Assembly (NCBI GenBank): GCA_024679065.1
Contig: JAGIQG010000009.1
Location: 90,396,001 to 90,460,000 of the forward strand
DNA from: Sphyrna mokarran
Taxonomy: Eukaryota
DNA length: 64,000 nucleotides
Reading direction: 5' to 3'
Under the pieces are notes generated by a model. It did no database searches, was not told the origin of the DNA, and saw nothing but the letters and a program-made list of their open reading frames with translations. The first letter of the stretch is position 1; each line of letters starts with the position of its first letter. This document shows, one piece after another, positions 49,801 through 60,911 of this stretch. The position numbers and the translations under genes are program-made.

Positions 49801-52800
49801 CAGGAGTGAAAACTGGGTTCCCAGTATGGGAGGACAGGTAAGAAACAGAACCAAAAGAGAAACTACATTGTATTTGGGATATGATTAAGGGTTATAACTT
49901 CTTAAACTAATGATAATTGTATCAAACATCAACATGTTTTTAGGAGATAAAATGCTTGAAGGGGCAGTTCAGTTGGACAAGAGGTGTGCCTTTTGTTTTT
50001 AAAAGCGTTCCCTGACAAGTTGGGAACAACTGCTCTAGACCCCTCCCTCAGCCACATGCCAGAATTGACAAGGACAGGAAGCTCAGTGTTGCCAAAAGCT
50101 GTTATGGGCCTTAGCACCTATTCTAGGATAAATGGAAATTATCCCATGAGGACAGGCTATATTTCACAAGAAAGGAGTTAATTAAATGGATAAAAGATAA
50201 AACTAAACCATAAAGAAAGTTGATTAAGAAAATTGGTTATAAGCAGGCAAATACATTAAAAAGCAAGGAATAAAACAGAAGTCAAAGGACATAAGAGCTT
50301 GTGTACAAGATTGAGGGGTATAGATAGAGTAAACAGGGTTAAGCTTTTTCCTAGGATGGACTCAAATAGCACAAGGGGTCACAGGCTTAGGGTGAGGGGG
50401 ATAAAGTATAATTTGGATGCTAGAGAGTTTTTAGAGGGTGGTGTGGGTATGGAATGTGCTGCCAAGTGGTGGAGGCAGGTAGTCTGGAGTAATTTAAGAA
50501 ATACTTAGATGGGCACATGAACAGAATGGGAATGGAGGGGTATAGAAAACTGATTTAAAATAGGGATCATGAGCCTTAGGAGTCCCTGGGAAGTGTAAAT
50601 AGATGTTGATGTACTTGTTTTTATCCTACAGGTGCTTTGGTCCACCTTGTTGTCTAATGAGGGGCATACACACGATGGATTGAGAGAGGACTGCTCTTGG
50701 ATCTTTCAAGAGTATCCTACTGCTTCACGTCATTAGTGTACACTTGACCTGGACCATCTGATGGGCAACACAACAGCTCTGACTATCTGTGCTGTGCAGA
50801 TAAATGGATTTGGGCCTGTGTCTGTGGGAGTTTGAACATTCTCCCTGTGCTTGTGGGTTTTCTCTGGGTGCTCTGGTTTCTTCCCACATCCCAAAGATGT
50901 GCTCTTAAGCTAATTGGCAAAAGAAATTCTCCCCAAATTGTCTCAAGTTTGGTTTTTAATCCATAGATCTACAAACATGGACAGGGATCACAGGTAGAGG
51001 TGGGGACATCAGGGTGATGGCATGGGCTCATTGGGCCAAAGGGCCTGTTTCCCATGCTGTTTTGTTCTTTGACATGGAGCAGTGCTGAGTAAAATGTATT
51101 GCGATTGCCACTGTTGGCATTTGGAGTATGTTCAGCATGAACCAAGGTGCAAAACAGAAGGAGACAATATATTCAGAAAGGAATGTTTACTGCAACATTG
51201 ATATAGGCAAGGTTTATTTAGACAGTCAACATGACTAGAGCAAGTGGTGAACCTAAGTGAATAAGCAGGAAAGAAAAGATCAGTGGCAAGAAAGTTGAAT
51301 TTCTAGTATTTAGGATTCCTTTTACAGCACATCTCAAAGACTGCTAGATCTAGTATGCAAAAACAACTATGCAAGAGTTAACACCTAAAATCTGATGGTC
51401 ATTTACATGCATCTTCTTGATGGCAGATTTTGGAAAAATTACAATAGAATGATTGGCATGAATATTTTAATGAATAAACAAAACTTAAGTGATTAGAAGC
51501 AAACCAAAATTAAACAAGTAATACAGAAACACAAAAATGCATACATAGACTAGAGCCCTTGACAAGGCTCTACTGAAGAGAACAAGCTGTAGCAAATTTA
51601 TTAAAGTGATTTAGAATGGAACAGGAACACTTTCTAAAGTGGGTATGGTTCCTTCTGAGATCTGTACCAGGGCTGCCCTTTGTTTGCTGCCTGCAGCAAG
51701 ACTGCTAAAATTGACAGAATAGTCTGAAATGCAAACTGTTTCCCTCCTCAGCATTCAGAATTTTTGGGTTTTATTTTAAGTTGTATTACATAAATTGTGT
51801 TTCTTACCCCAGTCTGTGTTCTTGGGTTCATTCAGGCTGCTGTGTTCCACACGACAGGTATATTTATCCCCAGACACAGGCTGATATTGGAGAAGATCCT
51901 GAACCTGATAGGTCCAGTCACCATCTGATAACAGGGCAGTGTTGACAACATCATCAGGAACTGGCACTCCATTTTTCAACCATGTAATTTTAATTGCAGA
52001 TGGGTAAAATCCAGTAACATGGCAGGAGAGTAGGGCAGACTGTCCAGAATGTGACGTTGTTTTAGGTCGGATAGTGACTGTTGGTTTAACTGGAACAGAG
52101 ACAGTAGAGTTAACTTAGAAATAAAGAACATAGTATAATGGCAGTAAATGTTTTGCATCCACATCCAATTCTCATCCATTCTGATGCTGAAAGTGTAGAA
52201 TTTGGGAAGACCTTCAGTAATTATTTTTCTACAAGTTTAGTTTTCACTCAGGTAAGATTGGCAAGTCTTGCAAGTTATGCAATTGGAATACAGATCCACA
52301 GAGTAGGAACATCTTAACCTTACTGAAGCCATCACTTGGTAAGTAAATATGGAAATGATATACCAGGCCTCCTATTGGTCCAGTGGTTTCTGGCACCTTT
52401 TCTATTGGTTCATTTGTCATCATGCCAAATGGCTATAAAACACAGTAGCTGGGCATTAGCTCTGCTTTTCAACAAAATGTCAAGTGGTACTGTTATCTGA
52501 TCAAGTTCAATGTTACTTGTGAAGGGAAAAACATGAAACAGTGACTAAGATTCTAGGTTTAGACAAACTAATTTCAATTAGCTAAACCAGAGATTGCTCA
52601 CAGTAATTTGGGTAAAAAGGGATGGCTCTGGTGGTGTTCAAAAAAGTAGATAGAATTGGTGTATACTCCTTAAAGGAATAATTGCCAAAAGACAGGCATG
52701 GACAACTTAAGTCCAAGAGCACACAAAACAAGCTGGGAAAAACTCAGGTCTAGTATAAAAGGTGTGGCTATGGGTACCTGCATGGATCCAGATTATGCCT

Positions 52801-55800
52801 GTCTTTTTTTTAAAGTTGTAGAACACTCATTCTGGTACAAAGATTTAAATTTGTAAAATTACACTTAGCACAAATACAAGTTTCAAGTATCATTTCAACA
52901 TTATACAAATTAAAGTTTCCCAATGTAGTTGTTTAATAATTCATTTACAATCACTGAATGACTTACTCCACTGTTTCCATTTAGTACACTGACAACTGTT
53001 CAGTGCCACTTCATGCACTCAACTGAACTTCAAAAAAATTTTGCTTCAAATTTCTACCTGTCTCACCTTCACATGGTCCATGTTTTCCTTGACCCTTGTC
53101 TCCATTTCCAATAGAAGACTGATCACCAATTACAACTCACTGACTCCCACAGCGACTGAGTCTGCAAGGACTCACTTCCATGTTTCTTCACCTCCATCTG
53201 CTCTAATGACATCATGCCCACTGTCCCATCTCCTTCCCATAGTTGGAAGGTGAAACATCAGCTCCTTCACCTTATCAGCACAGGATCCTTACTTTTTAGT
53301 GAGGAATAACAGTTCACTTGCACCTCCTTCAGTTTAGGAGGCCTAGAGGCCTCTGGAGCTCACTCCAGTTACCCTGTCACCATGGTTAAACTAGAATAGA
53401 GGGTGCTAGAAAAACTCAGCTGATGCAGGATGATATTTCAAGTCCTTTGTCAGGACTGAAGGGAGGGGGAATGTTACAGGGAGGAAGAAGCACTGTTCAG
53501 AGTCCATGCCAGGGTCTTTCATCAGGGAGATCCTGGCCATACCAGCCCTAATACCCACTTCCTGACACCTTTGCATCTTATGGGCAACAGGATGAACAGG
53601 GTGGCATGGCAACATCTGTAAACCCAAAATTCAATTGTGGGCCCCCAGGGAATTCCTGCTAAAGGCATCACAGGCCATGGGGTACAGAACAGTTACTGTC
53701 TCCATCTTATGTGCAACTGAGGTGGGGGTGGGGTGTTACCTGGATGGAATGGTAGACACGCAAGATTTAAAAAGTTGTAGGGTCACCAAGAAGGCAATCT
53801 CTAGTTAGAGTAATATGCACTGTAAATTACCACAAATATTCTTGCACCCCATGGCTATGACTGTCTATGATCCACCTCAATGTTAACTGTACTCAGACTC
53901 ATTGTTAGGGGCCCTTTGGCCCACTGAGTGGGCAGTGATGATACCTACTGGAATTGTGTAGATCAGTGCCATGCTCTGGTGTCAGATCTGATGGAATACC
54001 AGAGCAGTTAAAGTACTCATCTGAAAAGTGTCAAGAGTTGAGCTCACTGGTACCCACTGCTGATTCAGTTGAGTTCCTCTACTCCAGTCACTGCTGGTCC
54101 CCCAATCAGTCCCAGCAGTGGGGAGAAAGTAGACCCACAATGACTCAATCTGAGATGACATCCTCACCACCATGTTGTTTAGGATCAGCCCAGAAATCCA
54201 CCCCCTCTGCATTTCTGGGTCATGTCTCCCCAAACCTTGCTCAGAGGTGGATCTAGGCACCAGTGTGCAGCCAGATTGGTCATCACCCTTCTGCCTGCAC
54301 CAGTAATGTGCCAAGATGGCTACCCCACACTTCCTATTGGGAGGACATTTGACAATGAGGGCCTTCCTCACCTGTTCTCTATTCTCTACCTCCTTGGTCT
54401 TGTCCTCAGCAGCCACTTGTGTTTCCTCCTCCCCAGTCCCATTCCATTTCCCCACTCGGAGTCAGGTCGTGGTGTCCAGATGTGTTAAGGGGGGGGAGTG
54501 TGTTTGGGAGGAGGGTGGGTGATTTTGCCCAGAGCGGGATTCAGGAAGCTCAGCCCCTCAGAGACAGGGAGCTCCCAGAGAGAGAGTCCCGGGGACTCAG
54601 CAGCTCCGGGCACAGGACGATCCCAGTACAGGCCGCTGGTGACATTTAATCCCCCCCCCCCCGGGGCTCTCACCTCTCCGGGACAGAACACTTTCGTCGA
54701 TGGGAACGTTGTTTTCACACATGGTGATCCCCTCCTGGTACCGCGCTTCCGTCTCCTCTTCATTCCATCTCTTCACATCCCCCTCCATCCCGCTCTTCAC
54801 CGCGATGTACTTCCTCTGGTTAAAGTCGAAATACGCGACCAGCTCTTGATCATAGACATACTCCTCAATATAGGTCCAGCTCCTGGTGTCGTTAAAATCA
54901 CATCCGTGAATGTAGTTAAAGACATGAGCCCCTGTGAGAGAGAGACTGAGTTACTGTCTGACAGAGAGAGAGAGCCCAGAGACCCGGGAAAGGGGGATCT
55001 TCCCCACCCACCCAGTCCCATCACAACATGGGGAAGGGGTGCAGCTCTCAGACCCCCCCCCCCCCCAAAACCGGGAAAACCCCACATTGTCTCAATAATT
55101 TCCAGGAAATCAGTAAGGAGGGTCAGGGTCGCTGCGGGATTAAGCCCCTATCCCAATCATTTAGCACTGCCTGGAAATTACTTCCATTCCGCGAAGAGAA
55201 ACAGGTAAAGTAAGTCAATGTGGAACTCAAGGTGACTAGAGACTGAAGCAGCCGTGACAGATTCTTTCCATCGGCCAGAGACAGAGTGAAACTGAGCTGA
55301 GAACGGTTCCAGCGAGGACAGCGGTGTGTTAAAGGATGGGGTGGTCAGTGAAAGAAAGTTGCCATGGTCCCAGATGAACATTGTCTCTGTTCCCTTTGAG
55401 AGATGAACTGTTGACAAAGGCTGCTGATAAGTCAGGTGGTGGTAGAGGACACAGGACCTCAGCTATGATCTGTGCTGACATGGTCAGATTTAAACGAAAA
55501 AGGTGACCACCAGCTCAGGACTCAACATGTGCAGAGACTAGACGGGAAGAGGTTGGAAATGGTGGAAGCGTTTGAAATGGCCAGAGTAGAGTATATTTGA
55601 GAGCAAGGAATGGATGGAAAGGAAATATAAAGGTCACCTATCATTAGGGAGCTAGGATGAGAAGACAGATGGTCAACAGTTGAAGGGAAATGGGTCAATG
55701 GAGCAAGAGATGGATCTCGGATAGAATGAGCTCAGAGTTGGACAGAAAATGGGAGGGATTCAAAACCAGTATACAAGAGAATGAAGTGGGCATAAACAGG

Positions 55801-58657
55801 ACAATCAATGCTCAATTTTGACTTTGACTTTATTGTAATTAAAGACAGTTAGTAATGGAGGTTTTTTGGGCCACTGGATGTGGAAAAGTGTGAGGTAATG
55901 CACTTTGGCAGGAACAATAAATGTGTAGAGTATAGGGCTAATGGTAGGGCTCTTAATAGTGTTGAGGAACAAAAGGATCTTGGTGTATGTGTCAATAGAT
56001 CCCTGAAAGTAGGCAGTCAAGTGGATAAAGTTGTTAAGAAGGCTTATGGAGTCTTAGCTTTTATTGGTAGGGGGATTGAATTTAGGAGCCGCAGCATCAT
56101 GTTGCAGCTGTACAAAACCCTAGTGCGGCCGCACTTGGAGTATTGTGTGCAGTTCTGGTCGCCACATTATAAGAAAGATGTGGAGGCATTGGAGAGGGTA
56201 CAGAGGAGGTTTACTAGGATGTTGCCTGTATGGAGGGCAGGTCCTATGAAGAGAGGTTGAAGGATTTGAGGTTGTTTTCGTTAGAAAGGAGGCGGCTAAG
56301 AGGGGATCTTATTGAAGCATATAAGATGATTAGAGGTTTAGATAGGGTGGACAGTGATAGCCTTTTGCCTAGGATGGAGAAAGCTAGCACGAGGGGACAC
56401 AGCTTTAAATTAAGGGGTATGAGTTATATGACGGATATCAGAGGTAGGTTCTTTACTCAAAGAGTGATTAGGGAGTGGAATGCCCTGCCTGCAGCTGTTG
56501 TAGATGCGCCAAGTTGGTGGCGTTTAAGAGGTTAGTTGATAAGTATATGGATGAGAAGGGAATGGTTTAGTTAGGAGGGGCATTGCTTTTTATTTTGGTC
56601 GGCACAACATCGAAGGCCGAAGGGCCTGTTCTGTGCTGTATTGTTCTATGTTCTATGCTCAGCCCCCAAAGCAGTTAATGGTCAATCAATTCTGCAGCAG
56701 ATTTTTTGCAATATCTTGTTTCTTTCAGAAATTTTCTAAATAATGATATTGTAATGTTGTACAAGAGGTGCTTCAATATAGTTATGTACTGTTACAATTA
56801 AGCAGTCTGTGGGGTTTTACAGTTATCAGCCTCAGTGGCCTTTCCCCATTGCTTGGGCAGCTGCTTAGGCCCACAGTCCCAGGCTTTGGAATATGCCAGA
56901 CAGCAGCAACACTTGATCAGGAGCCAAGTTTCAGGCAGATCAGATCATCTTTGCAAGTTGATGATTCCCCACATCAGCTGATGTTTTGGCAGCAGATATG
57001 CTAAAGTCAGTCCCTTGAATTTGGAGATAAGGCAAGTTCAGTGATGCCAGAAAGATAAGTAATCAGTGCAGTTTAGTAATAGAGGCAATTTGTAAAAGTA
57101 TGGGGGAGGGAGTTTGCCCACTTCAGATCTGCCTGTTCCTTGGAGTGCAATATTCAATTGTTGCAGCCAGTCACTATAGAAGTAAACATGATTACAACCA
57201 AAAAAAAAATAAGGAATAAAATCACAAGCACACTGACTTTATAATCTGTATGCATATTTATAACACTAACATTTAGTGTTAAACATCCAGTTTAGGTTGA
57301 GGATTAAAGGTCCACATGGTGAAGCTGGAGAACAACATTTCAGCTTTCCCCACACTCTCCAGAGCAATGTCCATCCTGTTACAAAGTGGCCAGAAAACAG
57401 ACAGAAGTCCACATGAGGCCTAGTTTTACACAGTTCCATCATTATATTCAATACCCACCCAGTAAAGGAGAACATTTGATATGCTTTCTTCACCAGTCTC
57501 ACCACCAAGAATCAGTGGACATGCACTCTAAAATATCACATGTCTAAACAACTATCTTCCCATTATTGGATATTCTTTATTTACCTTCCCCAATACATTT
57601 CCTCACTTTTACAGTAGGAATTCCACATGTCACTTCTGTCCACTCAAACTACTGATATAATTTTCTCAACAACTTTCCTCTGCTGAGAGGAGATTCACAA
57701 GGATATTGCCTGGGCTGGAGCATTTCAGCTATAAGGGGCTTGCTAGGGTCAGATCATCTTAGATCAGAGAATGCTAAGGTGGAACCTCAAGGTGAACAAA
57801 ATTATGAAAGGTATCAATAGGAATAATGCTCCCTCATAGGGATAGGTCAATAATCATGAGGCATAGATTTAAGGAACAGGGAATTTAGAGATTTAATAAA
57901 ATCTTTTAAGTGCAAAAGGAGATCATTTGACTTACCAAGTCTGTACTAAGTTGTCAACAGCTCATCTTGCTCAGGTCTCGTTCCATCCTGTCCACCCATA
58001 CATTTATCTTGCTAATCGTCTTAAGTTTATACTCAAGGAACAATTTAGCATGGCCAATCCACCTAACCAGCATGTCTTACAGGCTGTAAGGAAATAGACC
58101 CGGGAAAGCAGCCACATTTTTTCCTTACAGGCTGTAAGGAAATAGAAAGGAAATAGACAGAGAACATACAAATTCCACAAAGACAATCACCCAAGGCCAG
58201 AATTGAACTTGGGTCCCTAGTGCTGTGAGGTAGCAATGCTAACCACTACGTTTGAAAAACATTTCCACCCAACGGATGGTGAGGATGTGGAACTCACCGA
58301 CTGAAAGGGCGGAGGAAACGGGAACCTTAACATTTAGATGATCACTTGAAACACCCGAGTTACAGAAAGAGAAGGAAGGAGATTAGTGTAAATTGATGTC
58401 TGATAACCAGAACAGACGTGATGAACCGAAGGACCTCTGTTGTAACTGATTTCTCACTGCATGGCTGGTTGGTTTTATTTGCAAAATCCGCAATCACTTA
58501 AATCTAGAGCGAACAATTATTTTATTCCTCCCCGCTCCCTAACTGGGATCTTACCGGCTCCGCTCTCTCTCTCTCCATTGAAGATGAACAGGCTCCAGAT
58601 GAGGAGGGAGATCCGGATCCAGAGGGATCGGGAGCCGCTCACTGTAAACAAACACAT
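31836..58657 (-). CDS. mhc2b: MHC class II beta chain, complete 6-exon gene: join(58657..58555, 54931..54674, 52089..51808, 43514..43398, 40205..40176, 31861..31836); 816 nt = 271 aa + stop
   Basis: Manual splicing gives an uninterrupted ORF: leader, beta1 domain (C..C, NDT sequon, D57, W61-N62, N82), C1-set Ig beta2 domain (C..GFYP..W..DGDWTYQ..YTCRVEHSSL), Gly-patterned TM and a cytoplasmic tail over two small exons. All five introns are GT..AG and phase 1. Confidence 0.95.
33305..34692 (+). mobile_element. CR1 LINE 3' part with long 3' UTR (intron 5)
   Basis: ORF 33694..33918 LQLYKTLVRPHLEYCIQFWSPY; same family as 60912-63150. Confidence 0.9.
34695..35845 (+). mobile_element. Decayed Penelope-like element (RT remnant and 3' terminus) in intron 5
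   Basis: NNFS....MAMGSNMGPSYANL remnant at ~34780-34870; terminal CTGATGAAGGATCATCC..CAGATGCTG.CAGACCTGCTGA. Confidence 0.65.
37063..37246. mobile_element. MITE (Harbinger-like)
   Basis: GGGCTGGAATTTTC ... GGAGAATCCCACCC imperfect TIRs; related to ~28505-28610. Confidence 0.55.
40176..40205 (-). CDS. mhc2b: MHC IIB exon 5 (cytoplasmic mini-exon) AILDSSNHGP
   Basis: 30 nt, strong acceptor TTGTTTTTCTTTCAG and donor C|GTAAGT, phase-compatible. Confidence 0.8.
40385..41925 (-). mobile_element. Decayed CR1 LINE (intron 4)
   Basis: NWL.NR.QRV.I..CFS.W..GVPQ; LVRPCLEYCVQFWSPY. Confidence 0.8.
43398..43514 (-). CDS. mhc2b: MHC IIB exon 4 (connecting peptide/TM) EVGGTTESEKHKIIVGAVGFGIGLIILLAGVIMKLRNAK
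   Basis: 117 nt, CAG acceptor, G|GTAAG donor; class II beta TM glycine pattern GxxGxxxGxxxxxxG followed by basic residues. Confidence 0.93.
43795..49200 (-). mobile_element. Nested CR1 cluster in intron 3 (older CR1 at 43795-44810 and 47350-49200, younger family at 44820-47350, + strand CR1 3' end at ~47440-47748)
   Basis: VTSGVLQG.VLGPLLF.IYIN, KFAD.TK, ILNEYFASVFTKE, DFQK. Confidence 0.85.
50300..51070 (+). mobile_element. CR1 3' end with long 3' UTR (same family as 33305 and 44820)
   Basis: RGIDRVNRVKLFPRMD..TRGH.L; the UTR aligns with 34190-34692. Confidence 0.85.
51808..52089 (-). CDS. mhc2b: MHC IIB exon 3 (beta2 Ig C1 domain) VKPTVTIRPKTTSHSGQSALLSCHVTGFYPSAIKITWLKNGVPVPDDVVNTALLSDGDWTYQVQDLLQYQPVSGDKYTCRVEHSSLNEPKNTDW
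   Basis: 282 nt, the typical class II beta2 exon length; CAG acceptor, G|GTAAG donor; collinear with HLA-DRB beta2; part visible in ORF 51776..51979. Confidence 0.97.
54674..54931 (-). CDS. mhc2b: MHC IIB exon 2 (beta1 peptide-binding domain) GAHVFNYIHGCDFNDTRSWTYIEEYVYDQELVAYFDFNQRKYIAVKSGMEGDVKRWNEEETEARYQEGITMCENNVPIDESVLSRR
   Basis: CT-rich acceptor ...CACAG, donor G|GTGAG, 258 nt; class II beta1 motifs C-x-F-N-x-T, YFD, D-xxx-WN, C-x-x-N. Confidence 0.96.
55875..56657 (+). mobile_element. Young 5'-truncated CR1 LINE (intron 1)
   Basis: ORFs 55880..56260 and 56230..56535 with one frameshift; tail TTGTTCTATGTTCTATG. Confidence 0.93.
58555..58657 (-). CDS. mhc2b: MHC IIB exon 1 (signal peptide) MCLFTVSGSRSLWIRISLLIWSLFIFNGERESGA
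   Basis: ATG at 58657, hydrophobic core, donor G|GTAAG at 58555/58554, 103 nt (phase 1); lies just downstream of a TATA-like/CCAAT-rich promoter. Confidence 0.88.
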
Positions 58658-58709
58658 TTCACCCACAGCGGCTCCGACACAAACTGAACCCAGAATGAAC
58701 CCGACAGGG

Positions 58710-58957
58710 CTTTAAATACAGATACTGACCAATCACAACGGAGCATAAAGATTGACCAATCACATACCAACACACTGACCAATAAGTAGCAGGAAAATCA
58801 TCCAATCAAATCTATACATCCGGGGAATAGGGACCAATCAGCATCAAGAGCTCCGGGAGACAGCGGAGCCAATCAGAGCTTTGAATGGGCAAGCGGGATC
58901 ACGGATAGTAACAAGCCAGTCAGAGACGGGAATTAGTAATCGTCATCTGTTGCCATG
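58710..58957 (-). promoter_or_regulatory. MHC class II proximal promoter: X1 (58944-58957), X2 TGACG, variant Y box (58914-58923), six inverted CCAAT boxes, TATA-like TATTTAAA (58711-58718)
   Basis: Sense strand CATGGCAACAGATG-ACG.. vs HLA-DRA CCTAGCAACAGATG-CGTCA; 20-bp spacer then CTGACTGGCT; CCAAT on + strand at 58729, 58756, 58779, 58802, 58834, 58869. Confidence 0.85.
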
Positions 58958-59494
58958 TGGAAGTGGGCAGTTTATTTAAACTTTCCCTGTGTGGACAGTT
59001 CAGTGAGAGACAGCAATGTTGTCACTACAGGAAGCTGCATTTGGGGGGGGAAATAATCAGAGGGATTCATTAAAATCTTGAGGTGAACATGAATCAGCTC
59101 CTTCATGCAGTCTGGGCTGGAATTCTCTTCGGGACTGAGTCTATAGTCAGTGGGACAGGGAATGTTTCCTGCTCTTGAAGCTGAAGGCAGATTGCTAAAT
59201 TAATTATATAGGGGCTCAGTTCCATATCCTGTGGAGGACATGGAGTAGGTCCCACCATTATCATACAGGCAGAGGGAGGCCTGCCATTGAGGAGGTCCAT
59301 CCTCAATAATTTGTTTCTACTGACACTCTGTAAGAGTATCTTATTCAGTCTTTAACCCGGTAACCCCATTTCCCATGGCTAATCCACCTAATTGCCAAAT
59401 CTTTGAACTGTGGGAGAAACTGGAGTCACAGAGAAAATGTGCAAACTCCACACGGTCAGTGACGCAAGCCGGGAATCAAACCAAGGCTCTCTTT

Positions 59495-60480
59495 ATAACT
59501 CTGATGACCTATCAATTTTCCTAGGCAAGAATTGGTTTGATGTTATTAACAACAGCAAATTCAAATCTGATAGGTTCGTGATAGCTGAGCGACTTCTTTA
59601 AAGTAATAGGATGTCAAAATTCAAAAGCCTGTTACCAAAGTAACCCTGATGCTTCGTCGTGATTACAAATGTTGCAATCTGTGTGCCTACGTTTCAAACA
59701 TCTGAGCACTGAACGCAAAATTAGTTTTTAAAGTGACCACACTTCACAAACTCAACTTCACAACATCTCTCCCCTTACAAAAAATAATTGAACAATCAAC
59801 ATACAGTACAATTAGTCAATCCTGCCACAATTCTATTCATAAGCCTTTGAAAAGTAGCTGGTACATTTTTCATTTCAAAGGGATCGCATTAAATTTATTG
59901 TAAAAACAGAAACTTTTACTCTCTCTGACAAAGCTGCTTGTCAGTAACTGCGAAGTAAGTCCAACTTTGTGGTATAATTAGCCTGTCCTTTCTTTTTACA
60001 CATAATCCTCCAACTTTGGAATTGGATATGAGTCAGTCATTGCTTTGACCTTTCAATAATCAATGCAGAATCATTGAGTACTATCAGGTTTGAAAACCAA
60101 CATGATTAGCGAACTCCACTTGCTTTGACCTGACTCTATGATATTGTTTGTATCATCGGTTCTACTTTCTTTTGAACCTCTGTTGCTTTGAGATGATGAA
60201 GCTGATAAGGTGTTGTTTATCGGTACAGCATTCCCTCTGTTAACTTAATGTACTGTGGCATTAGTCCTACCTACTTTATTTCTACATAGATTCTCATAGC
60301 ACTATAACCAGTTTTTCAATTCAGTGCTCTGTCCTAAGTTTTTAAGGACTTCTTCATTATTTAATTGATTTTTATCTATATCAAATCCACATCATCAGAA
60401 TTTGGTTCCCTATTCTGGGTATTACTAGGATTGGATTCCTCATTCTGAGTAGCAGTAACTAATACTTCATTGTCTCTCCC
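59495..60480 (-). mobile_element. Gypsy pol (RT) remnant ~550 bp upstream of the promoter X box
   Basis: LV.KPD..FCIDY.KV...DSYPIP.LED, TKLDLL..YWQ, NVPATFQRLMNRIV. Confidence 0.75.
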
Positions 60481-60600
60481 TAGTCTTCCTATCACAAGAA
60501 GAAGAGTCTCAGTACAGATCCTTGGGGAACACCATTAGAAACCTTCCTCCAATCTGAAAAATATCAATTGACCATTACTCTCTGCTTCTTATTATTTATG

Positions 60601-60911
60601 ATGTGGAGGTGCTAGTGTTGGACTGGGATAAACACAGTAAGAAGTCTCACAACACCAGGTTAAAGTCCAACAGGTTTATTTGATAGCTTGGTGCTTACAA
60701 AATCTCACTAATTGTCCTGTCTGGAGACAATATACATATCTTTAACCTATGCTCAATGCTATTTCCACTCACATTGTCTGCACTTTTAAGACTTGATTGG
60801 CTGTAAAGACTCGCATTCTAATCAGTATTCTGTAAACTGAGTGTGTGCCTTTACATCTCCTGTTTGTGATCACAACTCTCCATTCACCCGATGAAGGGGC
60901 AGATGAAGCGC
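60601..60911. mobile_element. Penelope pLTR fragment with internal inversion
   Basis: 60601-60687 is the antisense terminus; 60690-60911 is the sense body homologous to ~7500-7700. Confidence 0.7.

Noticed and set aside
52360-52445. Two ATTGG boxes plus CTATAAAA as an antisense intronic promoter
   Set aside because: Motifs are short and common; no downstream exon or other support
53605-53642. X1-like CATGGCAACATCTG in intron 2
   Set aside because: No X2 TGAC and no ATTGG at the expected distance
53950-54470. 157-aa ORF in intron 2 as a nested gene
   Set aside because: No recognisable domain; at most a decayed DNA-transposon remnant that I cannot assign
54498-55208. 236-aa + strand ORF
   Set aside because: Antisense shadow of GC-rich MHC exon 2 and its flanks; no domain features
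58461-58715. 84-aa + strand ORF
   Set aside because: Antisense to exon 1; no supporting signals
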